From a virus (taxonomy: Duplodnaviria > Caudoviricetes), in IMG/VR virus record IMGVR_UViG_3300020156_000059, positions 1 to 38,534 of that record: 38,534 nt of DNA; one strand, 5' to 3'. The first letter of the stretch is position 1; every line of letters begins with the position of its first letter. Both the position numbers and the translations under genes were made by a program. Under the pieces are notes generated by a model. The model was not told where the DNA came from and made no database searches. It was given only the letters and a program-made list of their open reading frames with translations. Shown here one piece after another: positions 16,866-25,000 of this stretch.

Positions 16866-19046
16866 ATGCGCGTTCCTGAATACGGTGGCCAGCAGGTTCA
16901 GCTTCGGCCCATCGCTGACGTGAAGCAGGCGGACGTGGCCACGCCCGAAGCGTTCGGCCTTGGCATCGCGCGCTCTGGCCAGCGGCTGGCGCAAGGCTTC
17001 CAGGATGCCGCGGCAGCTGCAGCCAAGCGTCAAGACGAGCTCGACGAGGCCGCCACGCGGCAGGCTGAGATCGAAGCGGCGAACGCCTCTCGCGAAGTCC
17101 TGAAGGGCGAGAAGGGGCTTCTCCGTCTTCAGGGGCTGGACGCGGTCACAGCGGCCGAGGCGACACGGAAGCAGCTGGAGGACATCTACAAGAAGGCGCT
17201 CGACGGCGACATGACGCCTCAGCGCCGGCAGATGATCTCACAGGTTCTGCAGGCTCGTCGGCAACGAGAGTTCGAGCTGATCGACGCGCACGTCGTTCAG
17301 GAGGAAGACCGCTACAAGGACACGATGTCCAACGAGCGGATGACCCTGCTCACCCGCGAAGCGCAGGAGGCGGTGGACGACGACGAGCGCGAAGTGAAGA
17401 TGCTGGCGCTTCGGGGCGAGCTGGAGGACTTCGCTGACCGGAAGGGCCTGGGCGTCGAGTTCGTCACCGCTCGTTTCCAGACGGCCGAAGCGAACGTCTA
17501 TAAGGGCATCATCCAGAACATCCTTGCGGACGACACCCGCGCCGGCGACGCAGAGGCGGCGCTCGATCGCTGGGGCGGGAAGCTGCAGCCGGGCGACCGC
17601 GCAGTGCTCGGCGCCCAGGTGAAGGACGCCAAGCTAAAGCTGGACACCGCGACCTTCGCGATGAGCCTCACGTCTGGAGTGTTCGAGGATCCGGATATGC
17701 CGGAGCCGACGGGGCGGGGCGAAAGCGACACAACAACGCCGGCCTTCAGGCCGCCTGTCGAGGCCAGCCGCATTTCCTCCAGGTTTGGGTTGCGAGACCA
17801 TCCCATCGACGGCACCCGGAAAATGCACTGGGGGACCGACTACGTTGCTGAGAGGGGAGCGCCAGTCGTGGCGTCCGCGGACGGCGAAGTCATCTTCGCA
17901 GGTAGGGCGGGCGGCTATGGCAATCAGGTCCGCGTGCGCCACGCCAACGGCTGGGAAACGACCTACAGCCATCTCGACGCGATCAACGTGAAGGTGGGAG
18001 ACCGTGTCACCGGCGACCGCCCCCTCGGCGCTGTTGGCTCGACCGGCAAGTCGACGGGCCCTCACCTGCACTACGAAGTCTTCTTCAACGGCAAGCGCCT
18101 CGATCCGGAGAAGGCCCGTGTGCCTGGCGCTCCAGCGACCGATGACGCCGTGCGCACCGCCCGCGCTCCGGGTGAGCTGACGTTCGAGTCCGTCGACCGG
18201 GCGGCCCGCGTGGCGGCCGCTGGCGATCCCATCCGCTATCAGGCGTTCTTGTCCCAAGGGCTGGCCGTGCTTGGCCGCCAAGAGGCGGTGAAGACTGAGC
18301 GCGAGCGCAAAGCCTGGGACGACGTGCAGCCGTTCCTTCTCGAAGGCTCGACCGCGCGCTCCATTAACGAAATCCCCGCGTCTATCCGTCGGGGCCTCTC
18401 GCCCACGCAGCTCACCCAGCTCGACCGCTTCTTCGTCAGCCGGGCGAAGGAAGACGCTGCTGGCAAGGCTCGCGTCACCGATCCGGCGAAATTGCTCTAC
18501 CTATCGGACCTCTTCGCCTCGTCTCCGGCGGCGTTCGCGAAGCTTGATCCGTCCACCTACGTCAACAGCCTCACGCCGGGGGACTTTGAGCAGGTGCTGG
18601 GCTGGCGCCGCGAAGCGATCAGCGGTGCCGGAACATCAAAGGAGCGCTCCGACTCCCAGCTGAGCATCGAGGCGGCGAACCGGGCGGCGAGCAGGGTGCT
18701 CCCGAAGGACGTAAAAGGCGACGCCAAGGCGCTGTTCTTCCGCCAGCTGATGGCTACCGGAGCGGAACACCGCCGCCTCAGTGGCAAACCTCCGTCGGAC
18801 GAAGACTGGCTGCGCTTCGCCGATACCCTGCTCCTCGATGTGAAAATTCGCGACGCTGGCTTCCTCGGTGGCGACAAGCCCGCCCGCCGCTTCGAGGTGC
18901 CGACCGGCGCGCGCTTCAACTACGACGTGCCTGACAAGGCGGAGAAGGAGCTGCGCGACAGCTTCCGCCGGCGTGAGGGCCGCGACCCCAATCCTCGCGA
19001 ACTTGGTGAACTCTGGAGGCGGGCACGCGCCCGCGGGATCTACTGA
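16866..19046 (+). CDS. Ejection protein with embedded M23 peptidase (726 aa)
   Basis: ISSRFG.R.HP, HWGTD, GGYGN.V, YSHL, STGPHLHYEV; helical flanks; gp15-like position. Confidence 0.87.
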   Translation: MRVPEYGGQQVQLRPIADVKQADVATPEAFGLGIARSGQRLAQGFQDAAAAAAKRQDELDEAATRQAEIEAANASREVLKGEKGLLRLQGLDAVTAAEATRKQLEDIYKKALDGDMTPQRRQMISQVLQARRQREFELIDAHVVQEEDRYKDTMSNERMTLLTREAQEAVDDDEREVKMLALRGELEDFADRKGLGVEFVTARFQTAEANVYKGIIQNILADDTRAGDAEAALDRWGGKLQPGDRAVLGAQVKDAKLKLDTATFAMSLTSGVFEDPDMPEPTGRGESDTTTPAFRPPVEASRISSRFGLRDHPIDGTRKMHWGTDYVAERGAPVVASADGEVIFAGRAGGYGNQVRVRHANGWETTYSHLDAINVKVGDRVTGDRPLGAVGSTGKSTGPHLHYEVFFNGKRLDPEKARVPGAPATDDAVRTARAPGELTFESVDRAARVAAAGDPIRYQAFLSQGLAVLGRQEAVKTERERKAWDDVQPFLLEGSTARSINEIPASIRRGLSPTQLTQLDRFFVSRAKEDAAGKARVTDPAKLLYLSDLFASSPAAFAKLDPSTYVNSLTPGDFEQVLGWRREAISGAGTSKERSDSQLSIEAANRAASRVLPKDVKGDAKALFFRQLMATGAEHRRLSGKPPSDEDWLRFADTLLLDVKIRDAGFLGGDKPARRFEVPTGARFNYDVPDKAEKELRDSFRRREGRDPNPRELGELWRRARARGIY

Positions 19047-22000
19047 TGCCGCAATTTGACCCTCTGGACGAACTCGACCGCATCGAGACGCAAGAAGCCG
19101 CCCTGAACCTCGGTAATGCCCGGAGTCTGACCGATCCGGAGAAAGCGGCGTTCGCAATCCGGGCTGGCCATCAGCTCGGCTTGCCGATGGAAACGGTGCT
19201 GCGCGAGACGCCGGCCGTTCAGCGCATCCTTGCGCAAGAGGAGGCGGCCGCGGCGCTTTCCAGCGCTCCGCGCACCCGCTCATGGCTGGGCGATCCGGAC
19301 AACGCCGCGGTGGCGCAAGATCAGGTTACGCCGCTCACGCAGCTTGAGCGCGGTATCCGCGACATCTTCAAGGCTCCTGCGGATCGCGCGTTCATCTCCG
19401 GCGCCGTGGGTTCGGTGGGTCAGGGCGTCGGCGGTATTGGCGAGCTGGGGCAGGCGCTCGACCGGACGCAGCGCCGGGCGCGTGGGCTGAACCCCATCCG
19501 CCCCGGTAGCGACTTCGGCATCCGCTCTATCGGCCCGTGGCAGGGCAATCAGCCGGAGGCGGAGCACGACTTTTTCGGCATCAGGATCAAGAAGGGCGAT
19601 CAGGTATTCGATGCGCTCTGGAACGCGGTGGCCAATCTGCCGACTCTGTTCCGGGCCGCGGACGAAGCGGGCGAGGCGGTCGAAGCCTCGGCCCAACGCA
19701 TCGGGCCCTCTCCTGAAGAGCGCAACCTCTGGACCGACATCAACAGCGCCTTGGGTCAGGTGCTCGTGCAGGTCGCCATGACAAAGGGCATGGGGGCTCC
19801 AACCGCCGGAGCCATGATGGCCGGGCAGGGTGCGGAAGATATGGCTGACCGCGCCGAAGCGGTCGGGATGGGCAACACGGCGGAAGCCGACGCGGCGATG
19901 GTGGTGAACGCCACGTCAAACGCCATCCTGGAGCGGCTCGGCATCGGCCGCCTCCTTGATCGCGTCCCTCCGGCTGGCCGCCGTCAACTGCTCCGGGCCG
20001 TGCAGGATGTCGCCATTGCCGCGACCGTGGAGGGCACGACGGAGGCAACCCAGGCCGTCGCCTCCAATCTGATTGAGCGCGCCCTGCTCAATCCTGATGC
20101 TCCGATCCTGCAGGGCGTGGTGGATGAGGGCCTCGCCGGTGGTGGTGCTGGCGGCATCCTTCGCGCGGTGATCCTGGCTGCGGTTCCGGGGCGCACCTTC
20201 GCGGCGCGGTCTGCGATGGCTGGCGAGGCCCAGGCCAAGGCCGATGCGCTCCGCGACGTCGCTGAGCAGGTGTCGAGCTCCCCCTTGGTCAAGCGCGCGC
20301 CGGAGCGGCTCGAACAGCTGATGAACACGATTGCTGATGGGGGCGAGGTGTTCGTCCCGGCATCGGCGGTGCGCACGTTCCTCCAGGATCTTCCGGAGGA
20401 CCGGCAACAGGAGCTTATCGAGTTCTGGGGCATCGAAGATCAGCTTGAGCCTGCCCTGACCGCGGACGCTGACGTAGTCATGCCAGCGGGCACATACCTG
20501 GCGCGGGTAGCCACGAGCGAAGCGCATGAAGCCTTCGCCGATCATGTGCGGTTCGGCATCGACGATATGAGCGTCGCCGAAGCACGCGCGTTCGAGGAGG
20601 AGAAGAGCGCGCTGATCGCGGAAGAGGGCGAGCGGCTGCTTCGGCAGGCCCAGGACGAGGAGGCGGCGGAGGGCCCCTCCACTCGGGTTTATCGCGACCT
20701 GTTCCGCCAAGCCCGCGAAGCGGGGTTCACCATCGACGTCGCCAAGCGCTATGCCGCTGTCCTGGCGGCGCGCTACGAGACCCGCGGCGCCCGGTTGGGT
20801 GTGGATGCATGGGACGCCTATCAGCGCACCGGCCTCGTCATCAAACAGGCCGTTCCTGAGCAGCTGCGTCGCCGCGTCGACCGGCTCGACGTGATCGTCG
20901 ATGCGCTCCGCGCCGGTCGCCGGCCGGATCAGAAGCGCGGCCCGTCGCTTCTCGAGTTCATTGCGCGGCAAGGGGGCATCAACGACGAGGGCGGTGAGCT
21001 GGCCGCGCGGGACGCTGACAAGTGGCACAAGGGCAAGCCCGGCCGTCGCAAGATCGTTCGGCAGGACGGCCGAACGATGGGCGATATGGCGGTGGCCGCG
21101 TGGGAGGCCGGCTACTTCCCCGAGGCCGTTGAAAACCCGTCGGGCCCTGAGCTGCTTGAAGCGATCGAGGGCGAGCTGCGCGGATCGGCGCGGTTCGCCG
21201 TGCCGACGGATGAGCGCCGGGCGGAAGTGGCGCAAGCCGTGGATCAGCTCGACGAGCTGCTCGCCACGCTGGGCATCGACCCTGACCGCGCCTCTAACGA
21301 GGAGATCAAGCAGGCGATCCAGGCATACAGCGATCAGCCGGAGGGCCGGTCGTTTGAGCAGTTCGCCGGCCGTCGCTCGTTCACCGCCGATCGGGCGAAG
21401 CTGGCGCGCGCGGAGGAGATGGAAGCGGCCGGGGAGCTACCCGGCATCATCGAAGACTTCACCGGCTGGCGCCGGGGCGACGACGGCCAATGGCGCTATG
21501 AGATCACGGACGAAGATGCCGCGCTGCGGGAAGACGGCTGGGCGGAGCTGGAGAGGCGAGCCGGCGATGACGGGCCCAAGGGGACGGTCCATCTCGGCGA
21601 AGTCATCTCGCATGACCGCCTGTTCGCCGCCTATCCCAAGCTCCGGGCCTACCCGATCCGGGTGATGGCCTTTAAGTCGCGCGGGACGCACGCCGCTTGG
21701 GGTGATGGTGAGATCGCCCTGGCCAAGCGCCTCGTCGAGAGCGGCGACCGCGAGAAGGCGCTGTCTTCGCTCCTCCACGAGATCCAGCACGTCATTCAGT
21801 CGGACGAGGGCTTTGCGCTCGGCGCTCCGTCGAGCGTCTCAGCAATGCGCGAGTCGACCTATGCGGACGCGCTGCAGGAGGAAATCGCCCGCCTGGAAGA
21901 CCTGGGCTTCGACGGCGAGCGCGAGATGGTCGAGATGACCGCGGCGCGGAACGTCTATCATCGCTCCGCTGGGGAGATCGAGGCGCGCAACACGCAGGCT

Positions 22001-25000
22001 CGTCGCAAGATGACGGAAGCCCAGCGCGGCGACCTTCCCGGCGACTACACCCGCGACGTGCCGCGGGCGGAGGCGGTGGTGCGCCTCCGGCTGCAGCGCG
22101 ACCGCGTCGGCGAGCTGCTCACCATCCCCGCGGAGCACACGGCGCTCGGCCCGGATGAGCCCTCTCCGGAGCAGATTGAGGCCGTGCTAGAGGCGGCAGA
22201 CCAGCCGGGGCACAGCTACGCCAAGGCCACCCTTGGGCCCGTTCCCGGCTGGCTAGTCGAGGCAGCGCGTGAAGCCGGTGTCGAGCTGGAGGGCTATCAC
22301 GCCTCTATCGACACCCCGGCTGTCCGCCACATCAAGGCGGGCCACGGCAATGCGAAGAGCGAGGAGAAGCGTGGTCAGGAGGCCGTGACGCCTGCAGACT
22401 TCCACGCCATCCCTGACATCGTCGCCGCGCCTGACCGGGTCGTCCTCGGCGCGAAAACGAAGCGCAATCAAGACATCGTCGTCTTCGGGAAGGACATCGG
22501 CAACGGCACGACAGTCTTCTTGGCGGAGGTCCGCACGGGCCGTCGGGAGCTTGCGTCGCTGTCGATGTGGAAGAGTCGCACCCCGACTAATGCCATTCGC
22601 CTTGCAGCGACCATCCGCCGATACGTCAGAGACGCGGGTGCGACCGACCTGAAGATAGTGGAAGCGCCGCCCCATGCCAAGGCGCAAGCCTTCGAGCGGT
22701 GGTTCGCGGGTAGCAAGGTCGTCGATGCGCGTGGTCGGCCGCTCGTGATGTATCACGGCACGAGCCGCGACTTTGACGCTTTCAGCATCGCGGAAGGTGA
22801 CGGCGCATACTTCACGTCGGCCGCCGATTACGCAGAGGAATACGCGAACGTCCGAGCGGCGGCGGCTGTGCCGCAGTCGATGGACGAGACCCAGCCCGTC
22901 GGCGCCCGGCTCATGCCGGTGCACCTGGCCCTGAAGAACCCGCTCGAAGTCGATCCTGCCGACCGCGAGGCGCTTGAGCGCTACACTGACCGGGGCTTCG
23001 ACCGTCGCGAGCTGATCGCGAAGGGCTATGACGGCATCGTCGTCCGCTACCCTGATGGCGAGGTCGAGGCGCAAGCCTTCTTCCCCGAACAGGTGAAGTC
23101 GACGTTCAACCGTGGAACCTACGACGGGAGCGATCCGCGCATCCTCTACCAAGCGGCGGCCAACGGTTCGCCCGGCCTGCTTGATGAGTTCTCGGGCGAG
23201 GCTACGGTCATGCGCCCTGACGTGCGCCTCGATGACCGCTCTGCCGCGGACGTGAGCGCGGCCACCGATGCTGAGCAACAGGCGCTCGCTGTCTCGCTGG
23301 CCCCCAACCTGGGCGAGCTGGCGCATCTCGCGGCGGACATCGGCGGCATTGACCCTGATGAGGCGGTGCGCGTCGGCGAGGCGAACGCTGGCCCTGCCCT
23401 GGCCTCTGCCCTGCGCGCGATCAGTGAGCGGGTCGGCAACGGTCAATCGCTCAACGAAGCCGTCGAGGGCTACGCTGCGGCGGCGCGCGCGCTCTCGGAG
23501 CGCAAGCAAGATCCGATCACTCTGCGGCTGGAGCACCTGACGCGAGCGGCGCTCGCTGAAGCGGTGGGTCCGCGCCTCCGCCAAGTCGACGCCCCTGCCC
23601 TGCGTTTCGATCAGTCGAGCCTTCGGCCGGCTGGCGAGTTCTCGCAACGCCTGTCCGCCGCGGTGACGGCCAAGTATCCGGATGTCCAACTGACCCTCAC
23701 GGACAACGGCCGGATCGCCACCCTTTCCCGCATCGAGGTTCCTGACGCTGCTCGAGGCGAAGGCATGGGCTCGGACATCATGGCGATGCTCACCCAGGCA
23801 GCGGACGACGCGGGCGTCGCGCTGGCGCTCACGCCTTCGGGCGCGTTCGGCGGCAACGTCCGTCGGCTGCGGGCCTTCTACAAGAGGTTCGGGTTCGTCG
23901 AGAACAAGGGGCGCAATCGCGCCTTCACCATCAGCGAAGCGATGTATCGCCCGGCGCCGGGAACGGTCTATCAACAGAGTGCGCGAGGCGATGTCACCTT
24001 CACGGCGGGGCGGGCCGTCATCCAGCTCTTCCAAGGCCGCGATCTGTCCACGCTTCTGCACGAGGCAAGCCACGTCTGGCTCGAAGAGTTGGCGTTCGAC
24101 GCGGCCGATCCGGCGGCCAGCATCCAGGTGCGCCGTGACTTCCAGGCCGTGCTCAACTGGTTCGGGGTCAGCTCCTGGTCGGAAGTCACGACAGAGCATC
24201 ACGAGCGCTGGGCGCGGGCCGGGGAAGCCTACTTCATGGAAGGGCGCGCTCCCCGCGCCGATCTGCAAGAGCACTTCCAGCGCTTCAAGGCGTGGCTGGT
24301 CCGCATCTATCGCACCGTCCTGAACCTCAACGTCGAGCTGAATGACGACGTGCGGGGCATCTTTGACCGGCTCCTCGCTTCGGAGACGGAGATTGCGGCC
24401 GCGAAGGAAGCCCAGGCCCTGCGCCCCTTCTTCGCCAGCGCGCAAGACGCCGGAATGACGGATGCCGAATACGCTGCTTATCAGCGGGCGGTGGAAGACG
24501 CTGACCGCCGCGCGACCGAGCGGCTCGCCGCGAAGGCAATGAACGATGTGCGGCGCCGACGCACGAAGGAATGGCGCGTCGAGTGGGAGGCGCTGCGCGA
24601 GGAGGTCGCGTCGGAGTTGGAGTCGACGCCGGAGCATCGCGCCTGGGCGATGCTGGAGACGCGCGCGATCTCGGTCTCGCGCAAGGATGTCGTCGACCTG
24701 TTCGGAACGGAGGCGGTGGTCGAGCGCCTCCCCCGTGGCGTGCCGCCCTATTTCGTGAACAGCGGCGGCGCTCACCCCGATTACTTGGCTGACGCTGCGG
24801 GCTTCCCCAGCGCGACCGCGGCCATTGAGGCGGTGATGTCGATGGAGCAGGAGCGTCGCGAGATGCGGGCCAGCGGCGACAACCGGAACATCCGGGCCGC
24901 CCGCATCGACGCTGAAACCGACCGGCGCATGGTCGATCGACACGGCGAGATGCTGAGCGATGGCTCGATCGAGGAGGAGGCGCTTGCCGAGGTCAACGAC

